64,000 nucleotides of DNA from Candidatus Dormiibacterota bacterium. GTDB lineage: Bacteria; Chloroflexota; Dormibacteria; Aeolococcales; Aeolococcaceae. The position numbers and the translations under genes were made by a program. Position 1 is the stretch's first letter; every line of letters begins with the position of its first letter. Positions 39,441 through 49,084 of this stretch are shown here, in pieces. A model generated the notes under the pieces. It was not told where the DNA came from, ran no database searches, and saw nothing but the letters and a program-made list of their open reading frames with translations. The stretch spans positions 2,912,001 to 2,976,000 of the forward strand of contig OY970355.1 of the NCBI GenBank assembly GCA_963718525.1, given 5' to 3'.

Positions 39441-39877
39441 TTGCGGCTGAGCATGCGCTCTTTCGGGACACTCCGTCGCCCGGGTACAGGATACCCGCAT
39501 ATCCCAAGGCGGACTTCTGCTGGTTCGTTTGTCACAGCTCGTGTGGGTCAACTGCGAGCCGAGGACCTCAAGCCGCGCTGGACAGTCGTGGAGGGTTGTA
39601 TCAGCGATTGACCAGGTTGTCGATCTGGCTTGCACGAGTGGCGGACACGCCTTTCGTGAGCTTCATTTATGAATTGGACCTCCCAGCGGGGTTCGGGTCG
39701 CGTAGCTCAAACTCAGTTGGCAGCCATGCCGATTTCGTGTGAGCCGAGGCGGTCACAGGCCCGCCTCGCACGGTGGCCGGACTTCGCGTGATTTCGTGAC
39801 CTTCGCCTCTGACGAAGGCTGCAAGCTATGGCGAGACTGGGTGGAGAAACGCCAGACGCATACTTGAGGTGTTCGAC

Positions 39878-40160
39878 ATGGTTGTTCGCACGAAAGTTCG
39901 TCAATCGCTGCCGCTAGACATCGTCGCGACCCGATCATCCTCCACGCACCGGCGGTTGGCACGAGTTGTTGGCGCGCTGTTCATTACCGCCACGGTTGGA
40001 ATCCTGGTGGGTCAGAGTGTGGAAGCGTCCCTGGCCACCACCCCGATCAATCTCATCAGGGTCCACTCAAACGAAACCCAACTTGCTAGCAGCTGTGTTT
40101 CAGTTGGTCGCGGCCATGGCATGCGCCGTTACGGGTGGCATAGGCTTCCTGGAGCCGGAA
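39878..40160 (+). pseudogene. Truncated, frameshifted DUF4386-like membrane protein remnant
   Basis: RRLARVVGALFITATV...VHSNETQ then, in another frame, AAVFQLVAAMACA; rest absent. Confidence 0.5.
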
Positions 40161-40162
40161 GG

Positions 40163-40220
40163 TCGTACGGCTTCCGCCGAACGTTCGGTTAACTCCGAAC
40201 GTTCGGCCATCGCCGTACGA
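40163..40220. promoter_or_regulatory. Nested palindromic operator upstream of ArsR-DUF1272
   Basis: Two perfect CCGAACGTTCGG palindromes (40177-40188, 40195-40206) inside outer inverted repeat TCGTACGGC...GCCGTACGA. Confidence 0.7.
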
Positions 40221-40235
40221 TACGACAACGAAACT

Positions 40236-40748
40236 GTGCCGGCAACGCACGACCTCGCGGAAACACCCGACCCGCGCCTCGTCGCACTCTACAGGGCCCT
40301 CGGCGACGGCACCCGCCTGCGGATCCTCCGTCGGCTCGCCGCCGGCCCGGCAACGGTCGGCCGGATCGGTGACGAGCTCGGCCTCGCCAAGTCCACCGTG
40401 CACGAGCACCTCTTCAGCCTGCGCACCGCAGGACTGGTGCGGCTGGTGGTGAACGGAGGGTTTGCCTTGGAGCCGGAGATCCCCGACCTCAACCGCATGC
40501 TCAAAGAGTTCCTCGGCCTCGAGATGCGCCGCCAGTGCGAAGGCTGCGCCAAACCGCTGCGGCCGGGCGGCGTCGCCTTCATCTGCAGCTTCGAGTGCAC
40601 GTTCTGCGACGCCTGCGCAACGCGCCACCGTCACGTCTGCCCCAACTGCGGTGGCGAGCTGGTGCGGCGCCCGCGCCGGGCGTCGAACCGGCGCGCGGCC
40701 CGCACACCGTCGATCACCACGCACCTGAGCGCGCCCGGCCGGCATTGA
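40236..40748 (+). CDS. ArsR/SmtB HTH fused to DUF1272 Cys-rich domain
   Basis: YRALGDGTRLRIL...LAKSTVHEHLFSLRTAGLV, then LEMRRQCEGC...ICSFECTFCDAC...CPNCGGELVRRPRR. Confidence 0.85.
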   Translation: MPATHDLAETPDPRLVALYRALGDGTRLRILRRLAAGPATVGRIGDELGLAKSTVHEHLFSLRTAGLVRLVVNGGFALEPEIPDLNRMLKEFLGLEMRRQCEGCAKPLRPGGVAFICSFECTFCDACATRHRHVCPNCGGELVRRPRRASNRRAARTPSITTHLSAPGRH

Positions 40749-41752
40749 TGCATGTCCATGGACATGCCTGCCCACGGTGGCGGGTAGTGTGCGTGGCGGC
40801 CTTGCTGATGGCCGCGTGTGGTGGCCAATCTGGCGGCGCCGGAACTCCGTCCGCCACTGCACGAGCGCTGACCCTGCATGCGTCGTTCTTCGCGCTGCCG
40901 ACTGCGGGCTCGGCGCCTACCGGGCTCGTCGTCGGCCCGGATGGGGCGCTGTGGGTCACCGAGGAGAACGGCGACGGCATCGCAAGGGTCACCACCGCGG
41001 GGACGACCTCCGAGTTCGCACTACCTCGACCCGGTGCGCCGGGTCTCAGCATTGTGTCCGGACCGGACGGCGCCCTCTGGTTCACCGATCGCGGCGCCGA
41101 CGAGGTGGATCGCCTGACGCTCTCCGGCTCGTTCCGGGCGATCCACCTCCCGCGTGGCAGTTCGCCGCTGGGCATCTGCGCTGGCCCCTTGCAGTCCTTG
41201 TGGGTGACGCAGAGCAGCACGGGCGAACTGGACCGTATCGCGCTGAACGGAATGGTGACACCGGTCGCGCAGCTCGGCGCCACCGCGTCGCCCGTTGCGA
41301 TCGTGCAAGGCCATGATGGCAACCTTTGGGTGTCCGAGGCGGGCGCCATCGCCCGGGTCACCCCGCAGGGATCCATCACGGCGTACCCGCTGGCGATGCC
41401 GGGGGCCGGCACGCTGCGCATCGTCAACGGCAGCGGTGGAGACCTCTGGTTCACCGAACAGACCGCTGGTGCCGTCGGTCACATCTCGCTGAAGGGCCTG
41501 ATCACCATGCTGCCCGCACTCCTGAACCAACCGACCGGAATTGTCGAGGGTCCCGACGGCCACATGTGGGTCGCCGAGGAGGGTGCGGGCCGCATCGACC
41601 GCGTCGACGGCAGTTCGCTGACGGCCTTCACGGTTCCACAATCGGGCAGTGAGCCGGAGGACATCGTCGCCGGCCCGAGGCGGACGCTGTGGTTCACCGA
41701 CTTCCACACAGGCCTCGTCGCGACGTTCTCAGCCGACGCCCCGGCCGGGTGA
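40748..41752 (+). CDS. Vgb (virginiamycin B lyase)-like beta-propeller lipoprotein
   Basis: Lipobox MAAC; repeated 'GPDGALWFT/VT' blades. Confidence 0.85.
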   Translation: MHVHGHACPRWRVVCVAALLMAACGGQSGGAGTPSATARALTLHASFFALPTAGSAPTGLVVGPDGALWVTEENGDGIARVTTAGTTSEFALPRPGAPGLSIVSGPDGALWFTDRGADEVDRLTLSGSFRAIHLPRGSSPLGICAGPLQSLWVTQSSTGELDRIALNGMVTPVAQLGATASPVAIVQGHDGNLWVSEAGAIARVTPQGSITAYPLAMPGAGTLRIVNGSGGDLWFTEQTAGAVGHISLKGLITMLPALLNQPTGIVEGPDGHMWVAEEGAGRIDRVDGSSLTAFTVPQSGSEPEDIVAGPRRTLWFTDFHTGLVATFSADAPAG

Positions 41753-41870
41753 CGGCTCCTCTGGCGAATCTGGCCCTCGAATCAGGCTCGGGACCGAGTG
41801 TCGGTACCACCTGGCCGCCTTCGGTCCTGGTCGCGAGCACATCGCTGTGCGTGACGTTCTGGAATCGCAG

Positions 41871-42417
41871 CTAAGACAGCGCCGGTTCCAACAGTCGAGC
41901 CAACTCCGAGGCGATGCTAGCGGCCCACGCATCGATGTCCGCCCAATTCCGGAAATCGCCCGCCGGCATGAGCACCCGCGCAGCCGGAATGAGTTGGGCC
42001 GCTCGATGTGAGAAGCCCAGCGTGCCCGGGTTCAGAGCTCCGAAAAACACCCGAGTAGCGCGCGGGCTTACCGCCTCGCGAAATTCGGCGAATTCCTTCG
42101 GCTCCGACGTTAACAGCACGTCGCGCCCCTTCGCATCCGTGGTTGCAGTGCCAAGCGGCCCACTACTGAATAGCCATACGGGACGCGCGGTCAACAACTT
42201 CTGGTTGATTCGCACGAAGTCCCTAGCCTCCCTGAGCCAGGATCCCATATAAGCAGCGCTGCCAATTACATAGGCGTCGTATCTGGCAAGATCGCCGACA
42301 GCCTGTACTGGTCGCGCCTGCGCTCGGTGTCCAGCCGACGCCAGCGTGTCGGCAATTCTCTCAGCGATTCCCTGAGTTCGCGCCGTATCGGCTTGCGTAT
42401 CCGACGAGTGTGGTCAT
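41871..42417 (-). CDS. Flavodoxin-domain protein (HemG-like); +1 frameshift at 42374-42379
   Basis: Removing one base gives MTTLVGYASRYGATQGIAERIA...YDAYVIGSAAYMGSW...VWLFSSGP...GDFRNW; GGAGG RBS. Confidence 0.88.
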
Positions 42418-42465
42418 GGTTCTTACCTCCGCGCCAATCCTGTGCCGGGCGCTAATCGGGAGGCA

Positions 42466-42539
42466 AGAGGCGAAAGTCACCAGCACCGCAGCCTTGAGTA
42501 GGGGCACTTAATCACCGAGAAGAGCTGACGTTAGGCCCT
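42466..42539. promoter_or_regulatory. Three DosR-like boxes upstream of the flavodoxin gene
   Basis: AGAGGCGAAAGTCACC (42466-42481), GGGGCACTTAATCACC (42501-42516), GCTGACGTTAGGCCCT (42524-42539). Confidence 0.55.
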
Positions 42540-43223
42540 GTTGTTGGCCGGTCCCGGCCTCGAGCCGGTCCGGCGCTCACCGCGCTTGCAACGGTGATAG
42601 CCCGGGCGGAGTTCAGCGCGGCTGGGGTGTCCGAGCATGAACGCTCACTCGCGCTCCGTACCTGGCGCCGCGCCTTCTTCGCGGCTGCGGTGCGGCCGGG
42701 GAGATCACTAGGCTGAGCAGGCCGTGCGCCTTGAGCGCACCTCGGAGCGCGCGACGCTCGCCGACGCGGCTGAGCAAGACCGTGGCCTACGGGTGTTCGC
42801 GACCAGTCCGCTGACCTCCGCGCGTCAGCGGTGATCGCTCGGGCGGCCGCCTGCTACCCGCTTCATTTCAGACATGGAGTCGAATCCCGCGATCGATCGG
42901 CAGAACCCGGCACACAGCTCGCTGCCGATGGACGGCCTTGACAGCTTGGTTGACCGCTACTAGCTGAACTTCCCGTGGTCAGCCCGTTCGTCCTCTTCGC
43001 CGCCGCAACGATGGGGCCTGGGCGGTGGCGCTCGTCGCCGAGGTGGTGCGCCGGCGCTCCCCCGGAGCATCGCATCATCGCGATGCAATGGCCCGCGTCG
43101 TCCGTCCGTTCACCAGCGCCTTCCACGTCCACTCGCGCGGCGGTTCCTCGCATCGCCAGGGTGTTCCTCGCGCCGTGATGGGTGAGCACTGGATGAACCG
43201 GTGAGTACCACGGAGGCAAGGCG

Positions 43224-43445
43224 ATGATCCCGGTGAGCTACGACATGGCAAAGGCGCGGATGGCGGATCGACTTCGGGAGGCGGAGCGGCACAGGCTGGT
43301 GCAGCAGGCGAAGGCCACCGCGCGCGAGGAGCGCAAGGCCGATGCGGAACTCACCGGCGCACGTCGCTCCGTGACCTCGTGGTTCCGGCCTGTCAGGAAG
43401 GTTTCGCACGTGTCGAACGCCTCGGCGTCTGGATCCACGGTCTGA
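43224..43445 (+). CDS. Small helical hypothetical protein
   Basis: GGAGG RBS; ARMADRLREAERHRLVQQA motif. Confidence 0.6.
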   Translation: MIPVSYDMAKARMADRLREAERHRLVQQAKATAREERKADAELTGARRSVTSWFRPVRKVSHVSNASASGSTV

Positions 43446-43493
43446 CACGAGACGGGGGGAACGCCGCTATCATGCGGGGCCGGAGGAAGAGAC

Positions 43494-43760
43494 ATGTCCG
43501 AAGGCCCCCATGCGGCGGCAGTCCGTCCGCCAGACGCCGAGCGCTGTCCCCACTATCACTGGCAGGCGGAGAACAAGCCGAGCAGCAAGAACCCCAATCC
43601 GGACTGCCACGGGCGGTGCGTCTTCTACGCCGGGCATCCCCATCCCCACGGCGGGAACAGAGATCCACTGGAGTACCAGTCGGCTCCCGAGTACAACGAC
43701 AACTGCTGCCTGTGCGAGGTCTGCTCCCTGTGGGTCAGGGACTGGGGTATGACCGGCTAA
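43494..43760 (+). CDS. Small Cys/His-rich hypothetical protein
   Basis: GGAGG RBS, high GC3; CPHYH, CHGRC, HPHPH, CCLCEVC. Confidence 0.6.
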   Translation: MSEGPHAAAVRPPDAERCPHYHWQAENKPSSKNPNPDCHGRCVFYAGHPHPHGGNRDPLEYQSAPEYNDNCCLCEVCSLWVRDWGMTG

Positions 43761-46700
43761 CGAACGTCCACCGGGTCGGCTCGGGAGGATCGTAGACGCA
43801 GAGAGTCCCGGTGCGGACCGACCGTCGGAGATGATGGCCAAGGGATGGATGCGCGCTTTCGGTGCGAGTGATCGCATCGCGAATCCGCCAGGTGACCGCC
43901 TTGCGCGCGCGCTCCGAGGGGTCAATGGCGCGCCGAGTGCGACCGTGGAGTCCCACCGCTGCGCGCAACTCCGCGAGCAGGAAATCGCGCTCGTCGCGGG
44001 CTCGCTCCTCACGTATCGGGTCATGCGCCGCAGCGGCATCCTCGAGCTCGAGCTCCAGCTCGCGCACGCGGGAGCGGTACTGCTCGCGAGCCTCAGGATC
44101 GAGCAGGTCACCAGCGTCTCGCTCGACGCCAAACCCCTTGTCTGAGAGGCTGCTGATGCGTGCACCGGCAGGTGTGCGGGCTCCGATGAGATCCACGGCG
44201 GCCACCTCGGTTCCATCCGCCGCAAGCAGGCGTGCGATGTCATGAAGTCCCTTGGTGTCCTTGAGCCGGACCGTGGTCCCAGCGTAGTGCACTGACCAGT
44301 AGTCGCCCTCGAGGACGAACTGGTTCTGCGCCCGGGGCGGCGGCGCGTCTGGAGCCCTCGGCGTGGCCACCGTTGTTGCGTGCGGTGTGCTGACTCGCGT
44401 GCGCAAACGCATCGACCCGGCCGGTCCAGGGCTTTCGTCGACCAGCTGGCGGGCGTCGAGCCAGGCCCGGGCCTGGCTCGACATCGACTCGTCAGTAAGA
44501 ATCTCGTTCGAGGCGGCCGCGAGCATCAGGGTCGCGTCGGTGATTGTCGCGGCCACGCCGACGCTGACCGAGCGGCCGAGAAGAGTGCCCTTGTCGCGAA
44601 GCCCGAGTGCGAAGCGGAGCGCGTTCGTCCAGGCATCCGAGGGCGCTGTTTCGGCGAATGTCGCGATGAGCGCCTCGGGCCCAGCCTCGACAGCCCCGTG
44701 CAGGCGCTGCGCCTCGCGTACTCCCCAGGACCGCCAGGGCTCGTGCAGCCGCGTGCCGGCGGAGGTGGCAACAACGCTCACGGTCCCACGCGGTCCCCGA
44801 GGATCGACGTCGTCTGCCGCAGGCGCGACCGGCGCAGGCACAAGGGCCGAAACCTCAACTTCAGGCAGGCGCAACTCCGTGTGCATCTCCCGCGCGATGC
44901 GCGCAATGAGGTGAATGCCCGAGCGCTCCGCATGCGCCGCCGCATTCGCGAGGTCCACCGCCGCAAGGCTGGTTTCGCCCGCAGCCGCGCGAGCGCGTGC
45001 AAGCAGAAGCCGGGTCCAAAGCTCCTCCCAGCGGGCTCGAGCATCCGCGAACGTCCTGGTTGCGCCCTCCAGCATGGCGATCGCGTCTGCAGTGCGTCCT
45101 TGGGCCAGGGCCAGCGCACCGCCAGCACGGTCCAGATAGGGCGCTCGTGCAGGCCCGGCAAAGTTGTGCGGGTCGGCAAGCAGACGCTGCGCTTCGTCAA
45201 TCCTATGGTCTGCAACCAACGCGCGTACGGCCGCATCCGAGATGTTCGCACCGATTTCGGTATCGGTCAGACGCGCGAGTGCGGTTCGTACTTTCATCAC
45301 CGCGGCTCCGGCATCGTCCTCGACGACATCGAGCGCCACCACCAGCGGCAGGAGCAGCTCGAGCATCGCCGGGGTCGTGGACTCGGTCGGGGATAGTAAC
45401 GACCGTGCCGCGATCAACTCATCGCTGGCGAGATGCGCTGCTGCGCGGAGCAGGGTGGCGCCCTCCGCGACGTGCTCCTGACCGGCGCGACGGGCCAGCT
45501 TCTGCGCATGCTCGACGAGCGCGACGCATCGGGCCACATCGCCCGCATCGAAGGCGACGGTGGCCTCGATGCAGCCCGCGACCGCCTCATCGGCGAGGGA
45601 CATGCCGGGTACGGCTCGAAGCCTGCTGAGCAATGCCGGAATCTCCCGATGGCGCAGCGCCCGGATGAGCACGTCCATCTCGAGTTGCAGTGCCGACGCT
45701 GCGATCCAGTACATCTGCCCGGCGATCGCCTCGTCGCAACACTGCTGGAGGACGGCGAGCCCAGCATCGGTGTCCCCTTGGTCGACCATCGCCGCACCCA
45801 GGTAGCTCCCGGCCCAGATTCGCACCGCATCGGCATGTGCCGACTGCGCAACCTTGATCGCGTCGCCGGCCATGGCGATGGTACCCGCGCCGTCGCAGCG
45901 AATCCATCGCAAACGCGAGAGGCGCAGATACACGGTCGCAAGATCCTCGCTCGGATCGAGCGACGACAGGATCGCGATCGCGGCTTGGTATTCCGCCTCT
46001 TCCTCGTCCGTGCGTCCCTGGTCGTGCAGGCAGGCGCCGAGCAGATGCCGGCTACGAGCCGTCAGCTCTGGGTCATCACGCGGCTCAACGATCGCGATTG
46101 CTTCGCGGAGACATCGTTCAGCGGCGGTGGGCTGACTGCTCCGCCACAGCGATTCGCCGAGCCGGCAGAGCACGCGTCCTCGCAGCGTCGGCTCGCCGAT
46201 GTGCGGCAGGACGCGCGTGTACACCTCGACCGCTGTGCGCGCAGCGAAGTGCGCCATCGCCTCGTCCGCAGCCACCAGCAGCACCGGCACCGCATCGTCG
46301 ACCCGCCCTCCGCGGAGCAGGTGGCTCCCGACCTCCATCGCGGGAGCTCCTGTGCTGCGCAGTACCTTAGCCACGCGCAGGTGCAACTCGTCGCGATGCG
46401 GCGAGAGGATCTGGTCGTACACGGCTTCCTGAATCAGCGCGTGGCGGAAGCGGAAGTGTCCCCGCGTCTCAGGGTCAGGTTCGAGCATCTGCTCCTTCAC
46501 CAACTCCTCGAGCGCCCGACGCACGGTCGAGCCGTCGAGGGCGGTGATGGTCGCGAGCGTGCTGTAGCTGAAGGATCGGCCGAGCACCGACGCGGCGTTC
46601 AGCACGGACGTCTTCTGCTCGTCGAGACGGTCGAGGCGGAGCAGCACGACCTCTGCGAAGGCGCGTGGAATCCGGAGCTCGGTCAGCGGCCTGCGATCCC

Positions 46701-47520
46701 ACCCACGCTCGGCGCGAACGATGTCGCCGCGATCGATCGCCTCGCGGAGCATCTCCTCGAGCGCGAGCGGGCTTCCCTCAGTGCGTTCGTGGATGTAGTC
46801 GCGGAACTCTTCGGACACCGTGTCATCGAGGATGGCCTGGGACATCGCGCCGGCGTCCTCGCGTCGCAACGGCGCCAGCTCGACGAATTCGGCGAGCCCG
46901 CCGCGGCGCCATCCGTGCACGGTCGAGCGAAGCGGATGGCGGCGGTGGAGTTCGTCGCTGCGATACGTGGCCAGCACGAGTAGCGGGAGGCTCGGCGCAC
47001 GGCGGGCCAGGTAGTCCATCAGGTCGCGGGTCGCGGGATCAGACCACTGCAGGTCTTCGATGATGAGTAACAGCGGACCGCCATCGCCGAGCGCATTGAG
47101 GAGGATGAGGACCGACTCGAAGAGGCGCAGCGAAGCGTCGCCTCCAGGGTGGCTGCTCCGCGGTTGTGTCTCGCCCCCCAATTGGGGAAACAGGCCGCCG
47201 AGCGCCGCCGTCGCCGGTCCCACCAGTGCGCGTACGCGGGAAAGCTCAGCGCGGGCGAGCCCGTTGCCCGCCGCTTCGAGCAGGGGCAGATACGGGATCG
47301 CGACGTCCGTCGGCGCACAGCCACCGCGAAGCGTCGTGAAGCCGAGCCTTGCTGCACATGCCTGCGCCTCACTGGTGAGTCGCGTCTTGCCCAACCCCGC
47401 GTCTCCGCAGATCACCACGAAGCGCCCGTCAGCGCGGGCGGCGTCGATCAGGGCGTCTTCCAGAGCGGCCAGTTCGAGCTCGCGACCGACCACAACCGGG
47501 CAGAGGGTGCGCTCCTTCAC
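43735..47520 (-). CDS. STAND/AAA ATPase + TPR regulator with degenerate cyclase-like domain and C-terminal putative DNA-binding domain
   Basis: GDAGLGKT, IEDLQWSD, ATYRSDE, FRFRHAL, TPR-like helices; C-terminal LKDTKGLHDIARLL...ERARKAVTWRIR...HLRRSVRTG. Confidence 0.88.
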   Translation of the reverse strand: MKERTLCPVVVGRELELAALEDALIDAARADGRFVVICGDAGLGKTRLTSEAQACAARLGFTTLRGGCAPTDVAIPYLPLLEAAGNGLARAELSRVRALVGPATAALGGLFPQLGGETQPRSSHPGGDASLRLFESVLILLNALGDGGPLLLIIEDLQWSDPATRDLMDYLARRAPSLPLLVLATYRSDELHRRHPLRSTVHGWRRGGLAEFVELAPLRREDAGAMSQAILDDTVSEEFRDYIHERTEGSPLALEEMLREAIDRGDIVRAERGWDRRPLTELRIPRAFAEVVLLRLDRLDEQKTSVLNAASVLGRSFSYSTLATITALDGSTVRRALEELVKEQMLEPDPETRGHFRFRHALIQEAVYDQILSPHRDELHLRVAKVLRSTGAPAMEVGSHLLRGGRVDDAVPVLLVAADEAMAHFAARTAVEVYTRVLPHIGEPTLRGRVLCRLGESLWRSSQPTAAERCLREAIAIVEPRDDPELTARSRHLLGACLHDQGRTDEEEAEYQAAIAILSSLDPSEDLATVYLRLSRLRWIRCDGAGTIAMAGDAIKVAQSAHADAVRIWAGSYLGAAMVDQGDTDAGLAVLQQCCDEAIAGQMYWIAASALQLEMDVLIRALRHREIPALLSRLRAVPGMSLADEAVAGCIEATVAFDAGDVARCVALVEHAQKLARRAGQEHVAEGATLLRAAAHLASDELIAARSLLSPTESTTPAMLELLLPLVVALDVVEDDAGAAVMKVRTALARLTDTEIGANISDAAVRALVADHRIDEAQRLLADPHNFAGPARAPYLDRAGGALALAQGRTADAIAMLEGATRTFADARARWEELWTRLLLARARAAAGETSLAAVDLANAAAHAERSGIHLIARIAREMHTELRLPEVEVSALVPAPVAPAADDVDPRGPRGTVSVVATSAGTRLHEPWRSWGVREAQRLHGAVEAGPEALIATFAETAPSDAWTNALRFALGLRDKGTLLGRSVSVGVAATITDATLMLAAASNEILTDESMSSQARAWLDARQLVDESPGPAGSMRLRTRVSTPHATTVATPRAPDAPPPRAQNQFVLEGDYWSVHYAGTTVRLKDTKGLHDIARLLAADGTEVAAVDLIGARTPAGARISSLSDKGFGVERDAGDLLDPEAREQYRSRVRELELELEDAAAAHDPIREERARDERDFLLAELRAAVGLHGRTRRAIDPSERARKAVTWRIRDAITRTESAHPSLGHHLRRSVRTGTLCVYDPPEPTRWTFVSRSYPSP

Positions 47521-47546
47521 TGCCGTCGCCCAGTCCTTGGACCTCC

Positions 47547-47756
47547 CTAGTGCTCGATGATGCGAGGGTACTCGAACCCCGATCCTCCGTCCACAACCGC
47601 CGCCTGACGCTGCCCGAGGTCGGCCGGATTGCCAGGGCCATCGGCACCACGGAGGACGGCGAGCTTCGCCGCCAGGAGCAGTTGCTCGTGGAGGAAGGTG
47701 CTCGCGTAGAGCTCCCTCAGGAGGGGCTCCGCGGGCGTGCGTCGTGTCGGCAGCAC
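47547..47756 (-). CDS. Small hypothetical protein (uncertain)
   Basis: High-GC3 frame LLRELYASTFLHEQLLLAAKLAVL; stop followed by GGAGG before the next gene. Confidence 0.3.
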   Translation of the reverse strand: MLPTRRTPAEPLLRELYASTFLHEQLLLAAKLAVLRGADGPGNPADLGQRQAAVVDGGSGFEYPRIIEH

Positions 47757-47830
47757 CTCAAGCCCAACGGCCGTCGGGCGCCGGGCTGTCGCTTCACCCC
47801 GGGCGAGGTCAGGTTTGGAATGGGCAATGG

Positions 47831-47906
47831 TGGTGCCGAGGGACAGGATCGAACTGTCGACACCAGGTTTTTCAGACCTGTGCTCTACCAACTGAGCTAC
47901 CTCGGC
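47831..47906 (-). tRNA. tRNA-Phe(GAA)
   Basis: GCCGAGGTAGCTCAGTTGGTAGAGC...CAGGT-CTGAAAA-ACCTG...GTTCGATC...CTCGGCACCA; full cloverleaf with CCA. Confidence 0.97.
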
Positions 47907-47987
47907 GATCCGCGACGCAGTGTAGCGGCACGCCCGGCGCTCCCCATGGCGCGTTTGCTCCAGGGAAGCGCCCGTACAATCTAAGCC

Positions 47988-48614
47988 ATGGCCCGGGTCA
48001 TCCACGTTCGCGTGCGCGGCGTCGCCGCCGACCACCGGGACCGATTACAGGACCGTTTCAGCGAGCTCATCACGACCCGCGAATGGCGCGACCAGCTCCC
48101 CTGGCTGGCGGACGCCGGCTCCACCGGCCTGTTCGAGCAGCTCTTCTTCGAGCAGGCACTCGCAGCAGACCTCCGCGACGAGCCGCACACAGCCGATCTC
48201 TCCGCCGCGGGGTTCATTCGCATCGCAGGCGACGAGACCGACGCGCTCGCCCTGATCTTTGTCCTCCGTGACCTGTCCGAGCGCTTCTCGTGCCGGGTCG
48301 GGATCCGCGACCCGGACAACCCGATCGCCAAGCTCCGCATCGTCGACCTCGTCAGTGGCAGGCTGGCCGACCAGCGCTCGCTCGAGTCGATCCTCGTGCG
48401 CCGGCCGATCTTCAAGCGGATGCGCGATGGCAACCGGATCGAGATGTACCCGCCCCGGGCGCTCGGCAGCGCGTTCGGCACCACCGAGGGAGCTGACGGC
48501 GAACGCCGCGCATGGAGCTTTCTCGTCCACGGCATGCGCGATTCGCGGCCCAGCTTCCTCGAGGCCGAGGCCGAGGCGATGCGGATGTGGCGTGGGCTGC
48601 GATTCCTGGAGTGA
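47988..48614 (+). CDS. Hypothetical protein
   Basis: 208-aa ORF with host codon bias; TACAAT 7 nt upstream; GTGA overlap with dtd. Confidence 0.75.
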   Translation: MARVIHVRVRGVAADHRDRLQDRFSELITTREWRDQLPWLADAGSTGLFEQLFFEQALAADLRDEPHTADLSAAGFIRIAGDETDALALIFVLRDLSERFSCRVGIRDPDNPIAKLRIVDLVSGRLADQRSLESILVRRPIFKRMRDGNRIEMYPPRALGSAFGTTEGADGERRAWSFLVHGMRDSRPSFLEAEAEAMRMWRGLRFLE

Positions 48615-49078
48615 GGGCTGTCGTCCAGCGCGTCAGCCGCGCCAGTGTGGATGTGGATTCGGAGACGGTGGGATCGATCGGCGCGGGACTGTGCGTGCTT
48701 CTCTCGGTCGGCCCGGCTGACGACGAGGCGGTCGCACAGCGCTTCGCGGGACGCATCGCGGCCCTTCGGATCTTCCCGGATGCCGCCGGCCGGATGAATC
48801 TCGATCTTGGCGCCGCAGGCGGTGCCGCCCTGGTCGTCAGCCAGTTCACCCTCCACGCCGACACCTCGCGCGGCCACCGTCCCTCGTTCATACGAGCCGC
48901 CCCACCGGACCGCGCCGCCCAGCTCTACGAGGCGTTCGTGGCTGCGCTACGTCTGCTCGGGCATCACGTCGAAACGGGCAGCTTTGGCGCCCACATGGCG
49001 GTCGATCTCGTCAACGACGGCCCGGTGACCCTCGTCCTGACCAGCGCCGAGCCGGACTGGGCCGCCGACGCCGGGTAG
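48611..49078 (+). CDS. dtd: D-aminoacyl-tRNA deacylase
   Basis: MRAVVQRVSRASV, VSQFTL, RPSF, NDGPVT. Confidence 0.96.
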   Translation: MRAVVQRVSRASVDVDSETVGSIGAGLCVLLSVGPADDEAVAQRFAGRIAALRIFPDAAGRMNLDLGAAGGAALVVSQFTLHADTSRGHRPSFIRAAPPDRAAQLYEAFVAALRLLGHHVETGSFGAHMAVDLVNDGPVTLVLTSAEPDWAADAG

Positions 49079-49084
49079 CGGCGC

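Noticed and set aside
42540-43180. Unexplained ~640-bp gap
   Set aside because: No recognisable ORF, repeat array or structured RNA by eye; would need Rfam/tBLASTx
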